DNA of 64,000 nt, from contig JAWCKF010000005.1 in the NCBI GenBank assembly GCA_038852315.1, positions 12,040-76,039 of the forward strand. Direction: 5' to 3'. Below are positions 35,134 through 44,511 of the stretch, one piece after another. Both the position numbers and the translations under genes were made by a program. Under the pieces are notes generated by a model. That model was not told the origin of the DNA. It searched no databases and was given only the letters and a program-made list of their open reading frames with translations. Position 1 is the first letter of the stretch. Each line of letters opens with the position of its first letter. The stretch comes from Thermoplasmata archaeon. Its GTDB lineage: Archaea; Thermoplasmatota; Thermoplasmata; UBA10834.

Positions 35134-36234
35134 ATGTCACGCGGGAGCAGATCGGGCGTGAAGAGAAACATGAAGGAGTACAGCGACGGCCTCAGCGACG
35201 GGTTGGTCCCGCTGGCGCCTCTCGACCTCAGCAGATGCAAGACGGTCTCGGACCTCGTCGAAGGGATGTCCAAATGTAGCTTCGGTGCGCGCAGCGTCGG
35301 CGAAGCGGCCAAAGTGCTTCAGGCGATGGTCGAGGATCGCGGCTGCTTCAAGGTACTGACCTTGTCAGGGGCGATGACTCCTGCGAAGATGGGGTTGGTG
35401 GTTTGCGACATGATCGACTGGGGTATGGTCGATGCAGTGATCAGCACGGGGGCGATCATGGCCCATGGCATGGTGGAGACCACTGGGCGCGCCCATTTCA
35501 AGCACGACGAGCAGATGAACGATGTCACGCTCTACCGCAAGGGCTACAACAGGATATACGATACCATCGAGCTCGAGGCGAATCTGGACGACATGGAGGT
35601 AATCTTCAGGAAGGTCATGGAGGCCGTGTCCGAAAGGAGCACGATAAGTAGCTATGAGCTGAACTGGCTGATAGGGGAATACCTGGCCAAGACGACTGCG
35701 AGGACACACAGAGGTATACTCAAATCGGCGTACCTGAGGAAAGTACCGGTCTACGTGCCGGCCTTCACCGATTCCGAGCTTGGACTCGACTTCGGAGTCT
35801 ACCTCAGGCGGATGAAGGGCCTCGGTAGGCAACCCGTGATGTATGATGCCTTCGCCGACCTGGAGGACTACACCGAGCGCGTGCTCAAGTCTGAGAAGCT
35901 GGGCCTGTTCACCGTTGGGGGTGGCGTGCCGAGGAACTGGGCACAGCAGGTCGGTCCCTATCTCGACATCATCGACAAGCGCGTAGGCCATGGCGGAGGA
36001 TTCAAGAGGTTCCAATACGCCGTGCGCATCTGCCCCGAGCCCGTCCACTGGGGCGGCCTGTCGGGTTGCACCTACTCGGAGGGCGTATCCTGGGGTAAGA
36101 TAGTGCCTCGGTCGGAGGGAGGCATGTATGCCGAGGTCTACGCCGATGCCACCATCGCCTGGCCGCTTGTGGTCAAGGCAGTCATGGAGCGGCTAGAGAA
36201 GAAAGGCTGGAAGAAGAGGCGTACCAACAGGTGA
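35134..36234 (+). CDS. dys: Deoxyhypusine synthase
   Basis: ORF track 35125..36234; ATG at 35134. Motifs are LSGAMTPAKMG, VISTGA and GGGVPRNW. The catalytic-lysine context is EGVSWGKI. Confidence 0.85.
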   Translation: MSRGSRSGVKRNMKEYSDGLSDGLVPLAPLDLSRCKTVSDLVEGMSKCSFGARSVGEAAKVLQAMVEDRGCFKVLTLSGAMTPAKMGLVVCDMIDWGMVDAVISTGAIMAHGMVETTGRAHFKHDEQMNDVTLYRKGYNRIYDTIELEANLDDMEVIFRKVMEAVSERSTISSYELNWLIGEYLAKTTARTHRGILKSAYLRKVPVYVPAFTDSELGLDFGVYLRRMKGLGRQPVMYDAFADLEDYTERVLKSEKLGLFTVGGGVPRNWAQQVGPYLDIIDKRVGHGGGFKRFQYAVRICPEPVHWGGLSGCTYSEGVSWGKIVPRSEGGMYAEVYADATIAWPLVVKAVMERLEKKGWKKRRTNR

Positions 36235-36240
36235 CCTCGC

Positions 36241-37044
36241 TCACCAGTCCTCCACTGGGTTGTACCACATCGTCTTTGTGCCGACCTTGGCCCTCATCTT
36301 CCACTTGAACGACTTCGGCTTCGCCTCTATATGGACCAGCATCCGGTCTACCTTCTGGTTTATGTCGGCCTTATCCTGGTCGGTGAGCTGCGGGTATTCA
36401 TTCGCGAACTTCTTGACCTTGTTCAGGTTCATTGTGGCGGTGTAGTACCAGCCCCAGTCGTTGAACATGTCGACATAGTCGAACACGTTGATGTTTATCC
36501 TGTCGTTGTCGTCTTCTCCGATCTCGTGCGCCCTGATGAGCACTATGAGGTCCTTTATGTCCTTCTCGTTTATCTTCACAACCTGCAGCTTCTGCATCAT
36601 GAGCTCGCCCAGAGGCACTGTCGGCGAATCTTTCTCGAGCCGTCCAGCATAGGGCACAGTGTGGTTCATCTCCAGCTGGTCGTAGAAAATCTCCACCATC
36701 GGGACCCTGCCACCGAAGAATATGTGCCTGGTCTTCCCGAACTGGTAAAGGAACCTGGGATCGGTCCTGTATCCACGGCTTTGGACGAACTCGTAAAGCT
36801 GGTTCCTCTGTTTTCCGTACGCGACGAAGTCGATATCAGTGAAAACCTTTGTTCCCAGCCTGGCAAGGTCTCGCCAGAGAGTCTCGTATTCTCTGCTGTG
36901 CATGTAGATGGCCATGCCGCCCATCACGCGCAGGATCAGCCCCCTCTTGGCTGCCTCGTTGACGAGCGTCACGGCTTCGTCAATGAACACTTCAGGCTTG
37001 GGATACTCCTCGACAGGGATATCGGCTGGAAGTCTGACAGTCAT
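36241..37044 (-). CDS. Nucleotidyltransferase-fold protein (Pol-beta superfamily, NTP_transf_5-like), function unknown
   Basis: 267 aa. NTase signature is VMGGMAIYMH...(about 25 aa)...TDIDFVAY, followed by a third acidic position near MVEIFYD. The C-terminal half is helical. Confidence 0.45.
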   Translation of the reverse strand: MTVRLPADIPVEEYPKPEVFIDEAVTLVNEAAKRGLILRVMGGMAIYMHSREYETLWRDLARLGTKVFTDIDFVAYGKQRNQLYEFVQSRGYRTDPRFLYQFGKTRHIFFGGRVPMVEIFYDQLEMNHTVPYAGRLEKDSPTVPLGELMMQKLQVVKINEKDIKDLIVLIRAHEIGEDDNDRININVFDYVDMFNDWGWYYTATMNLNKVKKFANEYPQLTDQDKADINQKVDRMLVHIEAKPKSFKWKMRAKVGTKTMWYNPVEDW

Positions 37045-37087
37045 AGCGTGCCCTCTAGATTTCGGGTGTAATCATCGAGCAGGGAGA

Positions 37088-38023
37088 TTAACCTGACGTG
37101 AATACGTGACTTTTTACCTTGTTGTCTGTCAAGGTGAGCAGCACGCCCTTGAGTATGCCCTCTCCGTACTCGCTTCCTGGGTTCACGACGACAGTTCGCC
37201 CGATCTTGTGCACCGCGCGCGATTCGTGTATGTGGCCGTGCAATCCAAGGAATGGCTGGTACTTGACTATGCTCTCGTAGACCGCCCTGCTGCCGACATG
37301 CTCAACTTCGCCAGCGGATTGCCTCATATCCCTCAGCTTGGGGGCGTAGTCCAGCGGAGTCCCGTACGGCGGGTCGTGGAAGTTGAATATCGCCGACTCC
37401 ATGTTCTTTATCGTGGCTGCGAGCTTGTCTATGTTCTGCCTCATCTCTTCCTCGCTCCACTCCCGGGGCGTGTCCCAGGGCGTCGGAGAGGTGTGCGCTA
37501 TGGTGATCATCTCATGGCCCAGAACATCGACGTTTCGCATCGCACACGGCTTCATGACTTTGCTCCTCTCAAGTATTTCGTCCATGTCCAGCGGGTCGTC
37601 GTTGCCAGGCGCGATGTAGATCGGGGCAGTACAATCCTTCAACTTCTCATCGGCGAGCTCGATCCAGTGCTGTATCCTCTCATTGATGAGCCGGTGGAAT
37701 ATCTTCATCACCTCGTCCTGGTGCTCGCGCAGGTGCTCTGCCTCCTTCTTGTCGGTCACGTAAGGATAGAACCCTATCGCGTTGATCTTGTTTATCTGGG
37801 CCTCAAGCTCGGATTTGTTGTTCATGTGGATGTCCTGGGCGAGGAAGTTGCAGTCATAGGTCCCGTTCCCGTTGTCAAAGATGGGCACAACCATCTTGCC
37901 AGCAAGGTCGCCGAGGACGATAGCCACGTCGGCATTGTATATCCTGACCGCGCTGATAAACTTCCTGAAGCAGAGCTCTGAGCCATGGAGGTCAGTCACG
38001 AAGAACAGTCTGATCGGACGCAA
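37088..38023 (-). CDS. Metallophosphoesterase (calcineurin-like) with inserted helical region
   Basis: 311 aa. Motifs are FVTDLHG, VLGDLAGK, PGNDDP and GLHGHIHE. It lies 43 nt upstream of, and co-directional with, the NTase-fold gene. Confidence 0.75.
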   Translation of the reverse strand: MRPIRLFFVTDLHGSELCFRKFISAVRIYNADVAIVLGDLAGKMVVPIFDNGNGTYDCNFLAQDIHMNNKSELEAQINKINAIGFYPYVTDKKEAEHLREHQDEVMKIFHRLINERIQHWIELADEKLKDCTAPIYIAPGNDDPLDMDEILERSKVMKPCAMRNVDVLGHEMITIAHTSPTPWDTPREWSEEEMRQNIDKLAATIKNMESAIFNFHDPPYGTPLDYAPKLRDMRQSAGEVEHVGSRAVYESIVKYQPFLGLHGHIHESRAVHKIGRTVVVNPGSEYGEGILKGVLLTLTDNKVKSHVFTSG

Positions 38024-38333
38024 TCACTGTCACCTTCTTGACACAATTTCTTTAGCCGGTCTCCTAACGGGCGGAGTCTATTTAACCGTATTCCCAGACG
38101 AGCGCGACGGGCATAATCGCACGCATCTGGTCATCCGCGAAGGAATCGGCAACGGAGCCGAATCCGAGCAAGGGCGCGAGAGCATATTGCGAATCGATTC
38201 CGCGCAGAAGTGTTCGGAGTGAAAAGTCGAAGCCAGAAGTCATGTCCTCTCGCAATGTTCATATCGGTCGAGGGCCGTAAGGTGACACAGAAGTCTGTCA
38301 TGATGCGACAGTCTCGCTGTTCGGAGGGTTAAA

Positions 38334-39710
38334 ATGGATTTGGGGTTGCCGGATTGGGTAGCCGACTGGGCGAGGGATGTTCCGAAGTTGAAGGTCACAC
38401 CTCCGGGGCCGAAGAGCAAGGAGATAATCGAGAAGGACAGAAGGTATGTGTCACATGCGTACGACAGGCTGTTCCAGTTCACGATGACCCGCGGCTCCGG
38501 CGCGGCGATAATGGATGCGGACGGGAACGTGTTCCTAGACTTCTCCGCGGGCATCTCCGTAATGAATGCCGGCTGGGGTAACCCCCAGGTCGTCCAGGCC
38601 ATAAAAGATCAGGCCGACAGGTTGGTCCACTCCCTCGCCAACGATGCGTACTACGACCTCGAGGCGGAGTACGCCGAGCTCTTGGCGAAGATATCCCCTG
38701 GCGGTGCTCTTGAATCGACTTTCTTCGGGAACAGCGGAGCGGAGGCGGTTGAGGCCGCGGTAAAACTGTCGCGGTACTACACCAAAGGTTCCGAGCACAT
38801 CGCCTTCATGGGCGCGTATCACGGGAGGATTGGTAACGCCCTCGCGATGGCCAGCAGAATCAAGTACAAGTACGGGCACGGCCCCTTCGCTCCTGGCATT
38901 TATTTCGCCCCGTATCCGTACTGCTACCGATGCTGGTTCAAACAGGAGTACCCAGATTGCAACATGCTCTGTTTGGATTTCCTCGAGAAAGGTGTGCTGG
39001 AATTCGGGGGGCCGAGCAACGACCTCGCCTCGATATTCGTCGAGCCCGTACAGGGTGAGGGTGGATACATCGTACCTCCCAAGGAGTTCCTTCCGAGAAT
39101 GCGGAAGCTGTGCGACGAGAAAAAGTGCCTCCTTGTGATGGATGAGATACAATCGGGGTTGGGAAGGACAGGCGAGGTGTGGGAGTGCAACTCGGCCGGC
39201 GTCGTGCCGGACATACTCCTGACTGGCAAGGCGGCTGGAGGCGGCATACCAATCGGCATGTGCGTGGCCAAGAGGAGCATCATGGATGTATGGAGGCCGG
39301 GGTCGCATTCGTCGACGTTCGGAGGCAACGGGATGAGCGTTGCGGCCGGACTGGCACAAGTGAAGTACATTCTAGAACACGATTTGGCGAAGAGGTCCAG
39401 AGTGCTGGGCGAGCACGCGATGAAGCGTCTGAACGAGCTCAAGGACAAATACGAGATAATAGGGGATGTCAGGGGCAAGGGTCTCATGATCGGAGTCGAG
39501 ATCGTGAAGAGCAAGAAGACCAAAGAGCCCCTCTACGTCCCCCAGATTCAGGGCCTAGCCTGGCGAAAGGGGCTCATGATGATAACGGCAGGCATGTTCG
39601 GGAACGTGTTCAGGATCGCCCCACCTCTGGTTATCTCCATCGACCAGCTGGACAAGGGGATCGACATCTTCGAACAAGCAATCAAAGAGACCCAGCAGAG
39701 CCTTGGTTGA
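38334..39710 (+). CDS. Class-III (omega) aminotransferase, GabT/ArgD-like
   Basis: 458 aa. Motifs are SGAEAVEAAVKL and DEIQSGLGRTG. The PLP-lysine context is LLTGKAAGGGIPIG. Confidence 0.85.
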   Translation: MDLGLPDWVADWARDVPKLKVTPPGPKSKEIIEKDRRYVSHAYDRLFQFTMTRGSGAAIMDADGNVFLDFSAGISVMNAGWGNPQVVQAIKDQADRLVHSLANDAYYDLEAEYAELLAKISPGGALESTFFGNSGAEAVEAAVKLSRYYTKGSEHIAFMGAYHGRIGNALAMASRIKYKYGHGPFAPGIYFAPYPYCYRCWFKQEYPDCNMLCLDFLEKGVLEFGGPSNDLASIFVEPVQGEGGYIVPPKEFLPRMRKLCDEKKCLLVMDEIQSGLGRTGEVWECNSAGVVPDILLTGKAAGGGIPIGMCVAKRSIMDVWRPGSHSSTFGGNGMSVAAGLAQVKYILEHDLAKRSRVLGEHAMKRLNELKDKYEIIGDVRGKGLMIGVEIVKSKKTKEPLYVPQIQGLAWRKGLMMITAGMFGNVFRIAPPLVISIDQLDKGIDIFEQAIKETQQSLG

Positions 39711-39822
39711 AGTGCGTTCTGAAGTGCGGTAACGCACCTCTGGTCTACAATTGTCCGAAAGATCGGCAAAACAACATAAGGCAAGTTTACGATGCTGTTG
39801 TCTGCTCAGGACGTGGAGGAAC

Positions 39823-40524
39823 ATGTTCAGGAGAAGGGGGACCGCAGATGCAGATCCCCTTACTACGCTCGCCAGGTGCATAGGCCTTCTGGATGATATC
39901 AGGGCCTATCGGAGGAAAGACGTCGAGCAAATCGAAGCAGTCTTCTCTTCGCTCAAGAAGACGAGGTTCAGGGAACATTACGACCAATGGGTGAAGGTCA
40001 GACCGTACGTAGAGAAGATCGTGGATATGCCTACGAAGGTGCCGGGCGTGAAGAAGATGATCACCAATCTGGGCTGGCTCAAAGTGGTAAACAGACTCCT
40101 ACTGATTGTTCTCGTAGTGCTAGCGTCCACGATGATCGTGCCTGCATGGCGTAGGGCGCTTGGTGAGAATCCTTTCGGGGGCCACAGCATGCTCGTCCTG
40201 GGCGTTGCCGTGGCCCTTGTGATGACTTCGCTGAACCTTGCGACGGTGCTGGATTACAGGATACGGAAAAGGATTATCGAATATGAAGCCTCCACGATGG
40301 ACGAGTACGCACCTGCCCGGGAGAAGATCAAGGAAGTCATCGACAGAATGCTGAGGACGCTTGGAAGGGAGTGGGAGAAGCAGGGTGCGCGGCAGGACGT
40401 AATAGCCCTAGTGCTGTACTTTGATGATTATGAACACGCGAAGGTGATAAGGAAGTGGAGGCCGAAAGCTGTCGGCATATGGAAGAAGCCATACCACCAC
40501 TTTGAGGTCCTCCCAAAGCCCTAA
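39823..40524 (+). CDS. Hypothetical membrane protein (two central TM helices)
   Basis: ORF track 39751..40524. The ATG at 39823 is preceded by GGAGGA. The TM hairpin is LLLIVLVVLASTMIV / MLVLGVAVALVMTSL. No family recognised. Confidence 0.4.
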   Translation: MFRRRGTADADPLTTLARCIGLLDDIRAYRRKDVEQIEAVFSSLKKTRFREHYDQWVKVRPYVEKIVDMPTKVPGVKKMITNLGWLKVVNRLLLIVLVVLASTMIVPAWRRALGENPFGGHSMLVLGVAVALVMTSLNLATVLDYRIRKRIIEYEASTMDEYAPAREKIKEVIDRMLRTLGREWEKQGARQDVIALVLYFDDYEHAKVIRKWRPKAVGIWKKPYHHFEVLPKP

Positions 40525-40646
40525 CAGCATGTTTCGTTGCGCGTGGCAGACGTACCTGAACCTGCTGTTGCTTGAACAGAGCTATTCTAAAGAAGGAAAG
40601 GAATAGGAAAGGGGTTTCTGGCGAGTCTCTGGCAGTGTTCGGTTCT

Positions 40647-42305
40647 TCACGCCGGAGGGAGCTCCTTCCACGCAAGGGAAAGATCAATCCCGCGCCTCTT
40701 CCAGTGCTGCACCCAATAGACGTACCATAGGATGCTGAATGTCCATATGGCTATGTAGACCATCAGCCCCGAGTTCGAGTAGAAGTCTAGGTTGGGCAGC
40801 GCGAAGAAGTAGTATATCAGGATGCCCACGAACGCGAGATTGATTATCGACGCGATGGTGAGCACATACAAAGGACCGATCCTGAACTTGTACGGCGAGG
40901 CATCCCATATCGTCCTCGCGCGCCGGACATACGGAAACACTAAGCCCGAGACAGCCATGACGCCCCATGCAGAGAGCGCCTCCAGACCAACAATCACGAC
41001 GCCGAGCAGCGTGTCAGGAGACAGCGCATAGAGCCCTATTCCGATTTCGCTCATTATCAGCATGAGTATGTTGTTCTTTACCGGAGAGTGCCATCTGGGA
41101 TGCACGTCAGTGAACCACATGGGTCCTAATCGGTCCATACCCCATGCAAACGCAGCCCTGCTGAATGCAATGTAGGATATAGGCATCCATAGTACATCAA
41201 ACAGGATGAACACCAGACCTATGAAGAAATCTATGGCAGCGTTGTTTGAGAGCAATGAGACCAGATAGAACGTGTTGACGCTCGGCAGCGTGTAGTTCGC
41301 ATATGCGGGGCCATCTCCATAGTTCTCGATGTACGCTATCGCACCGACGAATTCGTGTCCCATAGTGTTATCAAGGCCAATTGCAAACCAGCTAAGGAAT
41401 ATCATGGGTATGAATGCAGCGAGCACCTGACCGAGGACAACATTCCTCTGGGGCCTCTTGACTTCTCCACAGATGAAAGTAATCTGATAGCCATAGGCTG
41501 TAGCCCATGCGACCCCTGGGAACAAGCCGAAAGTAGCGTACCAGTCTATCTTTCCGGGTTCGGGAGCCAAGGTAACGTCCTCGAGCGGGGCCCCCATATA
41601 CGCCTCCCAGTACGGATCGTTATATGCTGACTGGTTCGCCACCATGTCGATGGTCGTGGCGTAATCGATGGAACCAGCCGCATCTGCAGCTTCGTTGTAT
41701 GCCGCGATAAAGTCGTTCCTGGTAGCGGCTATCAATACTAACCCGGCAACTATGAGGCAAAAGAACCCTGCGAACATTATGATTCGTTGGTTTATGTTGT
41801 ACATCCGAAGGCCTAGAACGACGATCCAAAACCCCCAGATGTTTGATATCGTCGCTATCGTGAATATACCAGTGGTCGACGCGCACCAGTCGATTGTGCT
41901 TTGGTCCGCCCCAAGTGAGGCCAACAGTGTTGTCAAGCCTGGATCAGCCATCCAGGGCGCCAAAGTGGCTATCCACATCGTCATGACAAACCCGGCATTG
42001 GTCATCGACATCGCGATTCCGACAGCAGGGTGCAGAATCCTCGAGTTAGCTATGTAGTCGCCACCGCTCCTCGGCATCGACCCCCCAAGGAATCCCCATA
42101 CCAATGCTATGCCTAGAACGCACATTACAGTCGCCAGAATCACGGCCCAAAGCATGTTACCCGTAGGTGCACAGAAGAGTCCCCAACTCGCCATCGTCCA
42201 GACGCCTACTCCGACACCGTTGTTCATAAAGCCAATGCCGAAGGTGTCCAGCAACGAAGCTTCACGTACTAGACCACTTGCTTTTCTCGCAAACACTTCG
42301 CCCAC
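40647..42305 (-). CDS. APC-superfamily amino acid/polyamine permease
   Basis: 552 aa with 12 or more hydrophobic segments. The N-terminal FGIGFMNNGVG region is typical of the APC fold. Confidence 0.7.
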   Translation of the reverse strand: MGEVFARKASGLVREASLLDTFGIGFMNNGVGVGVWTMASWGLFCAPTGNMLWAVILATVMCVLGIALVWGFLGGSMPRSGGDYIANSRILHPAVGIAMSMTNAGFVMTMWIATLAPWMADPGLTTLLASLGADQSTIDWCASTTGIFTIATISNIWGFWIVVLGLRMYNINQRIIMFAGFFCLIVAGLVLIAATRNDFIAAYNEAADAAGSIDYATTIDMVANQSAYNDPYWEAYMGAPLEDVTLAPEPGKIDWYATFGLFPGVAWATAYGYQITFICGEVKRPQRNVVLGQVLAAFIPMIFLSWFAIGLDNTMGHEFVGAIAYIENYGDGPAYANYTLPSVNTFYLVSLLSNNAAIDFFIGLVFILFDVLWMPISYIAFSRAAFAWGMDRLGPMWFTDVHPRWHSPVKNNILMLIMSEIGIGLYALSPDTLLGVVIVGLEALSAWGVMAVSGLVFPYVRRARTIWDASPYKFRIGPLYVLTIASIINLAFVGILIYYFFALPNLDFYSNSGLMVYIAIWTFSILWYVYWVQHWKRRGIDLSLAWKELPPA

Positions 42306-42407
42306 TCAACTACACCCCCTAACCCATTCGAGAGGTTCTGCCCTCGAATACCTTCCGCGTATTGATTTGTGGATATTTCAATCCGTCCGATGCGTCCGTC
42401 CCTCGAG

Positions 42408-42420
42408 TTTCCAGTGGAAA
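42408..42420. promoter_or_regulatory. Palindrome TTTCCAGTGGAAA in the divergent permease/regulator intergenic region
   Basis: Read directly; a 6+1+6 inverted repeat. It lies between the permease start (42305) and the regulator start (42627). It is a candidate operator. Confidence 0.35.
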
Positions 42421-42626
42421 TGTGGGTAGTGCACGGACAATGCATCGAAAGCGAAAACGGTCTTTCTGTAAATCAGCTAAGATACCGTCTCAAATTCGTG
42501 GCGCTTCTACAAGACTGTGGTTGTCATACGTGTTTATGCCATATCTAGAAGTGCCTCCATACTGTGATTTGCACTGGCCGCAACGAGTTCACCCTTATCT
42601 ATGCGAGGCACGTTTCCACCAAACGT

Positions 42627-43724
42627 ATGGAAAGACCCTTCAGAGAGTCTGAAAAGCTCGTCATATTCGGGCTAACCCAAGACGCCCATCTGACTGATGC
42701 GGCCTTGGCCAGAAAGTACGGCATGAAAGAGAGCACGGTTTCATCCATCAGAAGACGGTTGATGGACTCCAGGAACATCTACTTCGCCAACGTTCCTTCG
42801 TTCCACAAGATGGGTTGCGATCTGTTCGTGCAGCTCTACGGGCGCACGAACCCGGCCGTCCCGAAGGACATAAAGGACTCATCACATCTCGCGTTCCTGG
42901 ACCACACGCCAGAGGTGTTTGACAGCGTTTCGGGCGAGGGGTTCATAATGATGAGCGCGGTCTTCAGAGACTTCTCAGACTATCTTCTGGCCATCGACAG
43001 GTACGAGAGGCATTTCCTAGGCGTTCATGCTGCAGAGAAGGCAGAACTGAGGTCAGTCTTCTTCCCGATGAAGATATCGCGGGTGAGGTATACCTACAAC
43101 TTCGCGCCCGGATTGCACAGGATATTCAACCTTGATGTGCCTAGACCACAGCCTGCGTTGCCCGAGAGGCATGAGGTCGAATGGATAGGCCTGACTCCAA
43201 TGGAGAAACGCTGCCTCGTGTACCTCTCCGAGTACCCACACGCGACCGACGCTCAGATCGCCCAGCTGCTTGGAAGGTCCCGCCAGACTGTGACCAACGT
43301 CAGAAAGCGCCTGCAGCGCAAGGAGATGTTCACGCGTGCTTGCATCCCCTTGCTGTTCACGTGGAACATCGATCTAATGGCATTCGTCCACCTGTCGTTC
43401 AGGCCTGACCTGGATCGGGATGTCAGAACCGCTCTGTCCAGAGAAGACTGGATAGGTCTTTCCTGGTACACGATGGAGCGCGATACAGAGGCCTATGTTT
43501 GCTACATGTTCAAGGACTACAAGGACTACGTGAGCGAGATGGAGCGGATGATGAAGCCGCTGATGGAGAGTGACGTTCTGAGGTTCGAGCCTCACATATC
43601 CCTCGTTTCCACTGCTGCAGCAAAGGAGCTCAGGGACTGCCATTTCGCGCAGGCCGTGAGGAAGTTCCTAGACCTCGGCGGGGACGAGCCTAGTACAGCC
43701 AGATATCCTCGCATCGGACTATGA
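42627..43724 (+). CDS. Internally duplicated transcriptional regulator: 2 x (HTH plus small alpha/beta effector-like domain, Lrp/AsnC-like arrangement)
   Basis: ORF track 42564..43724; ATG at 42627. HTH 1 is LTDAALARKYGMKESTVSSIRRRL and HTH 2 is ATDAQIAQLLGRSRQTVTNVRKRL. Each is followed by a similar block (MGCDLFVQLYGRTNP / WNIDLMAFVHLSFRP). Confidence 0.5.
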   Translation: MERPFRESEKLVIFGLTQDAHLTDAALARKYGMKESTVSSIRRRLMDSRNIYFANVPSFHKMGCDLFVQLYGRTNPAVPKDIKDSSHLAFLDHTPEVFDSVSGEGFIMMSAVFRDFSDYLLAIDRYERHFLGVHAAEKAELRSVFFPMKISRVRYTYNFAPGLHRIFNLDVPRPQPALPERHEVEWIGLTPMEKRCLVYLSEYPHATDAQIAQLLGRSRQTVTNVRKRLQRKEMFTRACIPLLFTWNIDLMAFVHLSFRPDLDRDVRTALSREDWIGLSWYTMERDTEAYVCYMFKDYKDYVSEMERMMKPLMESDVLRFEPHISLVSTAAAKELRDCHFAQAVRKFLDLGGDEPSTARYPRIGL

Positions 43725-43773
43725 GACAAGGCGCAAAGAATAATCTACCCGCGAGGCCAATACACTGGATGAG

Positions 43774-44295
43774 TTGGTGTCGGTGGAGGCCAGCAGCGAC
43801 CGTCTCAGGTGGATGAGCGTCAAGAATGCGATGACAAAGGACGCCATCTGCGTTAGGATGTCAAGCAAGGTCAAGGATGCCTGGCTCGTCCTCATGGAGG
43901 CCGACATATCGGGCGCGCCCGTCGTCGACGACAAAGGGCTTCTCGTAGCCGTCGTCAGCGTGACCGACATCTACAGGGCGATACTGGAGCGTTATCAGAA
44001 GGCCAGATCGCTGCGGGAGCTCACCGCCGGCATAACTGATCCCCAATCTGCTGAGAAGGAGGAGATGCGCGAGCTCTCATTGGCTATCAGAGCAGTTGCG
44101 GAAAGCCCGCTGATGTCTATCATACCTAAGGACCAGAAGCTGCTCACGCTCTCCCCCGAGGATTCGCTCGAGCGTGCGATCAAGCTCATGGCGGAGCACA
44201 GCGTGAACCGACTGCCCGTAGTTAAGGGTGGAACGGTGGTCGGCATAATCACGAGACAGGATGTCATATGCGTAATCGCAGGCAAACCCAGGTGA
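43774..44295 (+). CDS. CBS-domain pair protein
   Basis: 173 aa with a TTG start; the alternative ATG at 43813 is possible. The two CBS motifs are AMTKDAICV...ISGAPVVDDKGLLVAVVSVTDI and IIPKDQKLLTLSP...VNRLPVVKGGTVVGIITRQDV. Confidence 0.75.
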   Translation: MVSVEASSDRLRWMSVKNAMTKDAICVRMSSKVKDAWLVLMEADISGAPVVDDKGLLVAVVSVTDIYRAILERYQKARSLRELTAGITDPQSAEKEEMRELSLAIRAVAESPLMSIIPKDQKLLTLSPEDSLERAIKLMAEHSVNRLPVVKGGTVVGIITRQDVICVIAGKPR

Positions 44296-44511
44296 TCATG
44301 GAATCCCGGTCTGCTCCGTACTTGATATCGACTTTCCATGTGACTGTCCTCGGCTGTCGAGCGGCCAAGTCCTGAGATTGGTGCGAGCGAATGTAGACGC
44401 TCTCATGCTATCTCGTAGATGTGGTCCGGGCTTCTTCGGGAAAGGCCAACACCTACGTGTTTTTGTACGAGGCCACCGATAAGCCCGTAGCAGTCAGGTG
44501 CGTGAGGAGTC

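Noticed and set aside
36241-37044. The NTase-fold protein as a CBASS cyclase (CD-NTase) or AbiEii toxin, which would make this a defence locus.
   Set aside because: It is too short for typical CD-NTases. The spacing between GG and DxD differs from what I recall for AbiEii. No effector, AbiEi-like antitoxin or other defence genes are adjacent, and the context is housekeeping.
42408-42420. TTTCCAGTGGAAA resembles the core of archaeal origin recognition boxes (ORB/mini-ORB), raising the idea of a replication origin.
   Set aside because: There is a single copy only, with no flanking repeated ORB elements, no pronounced AT-rich unwinding element and no orc1/cdc6 gene nearby. It is more parsimoniously an operator in a divergent promoter region.
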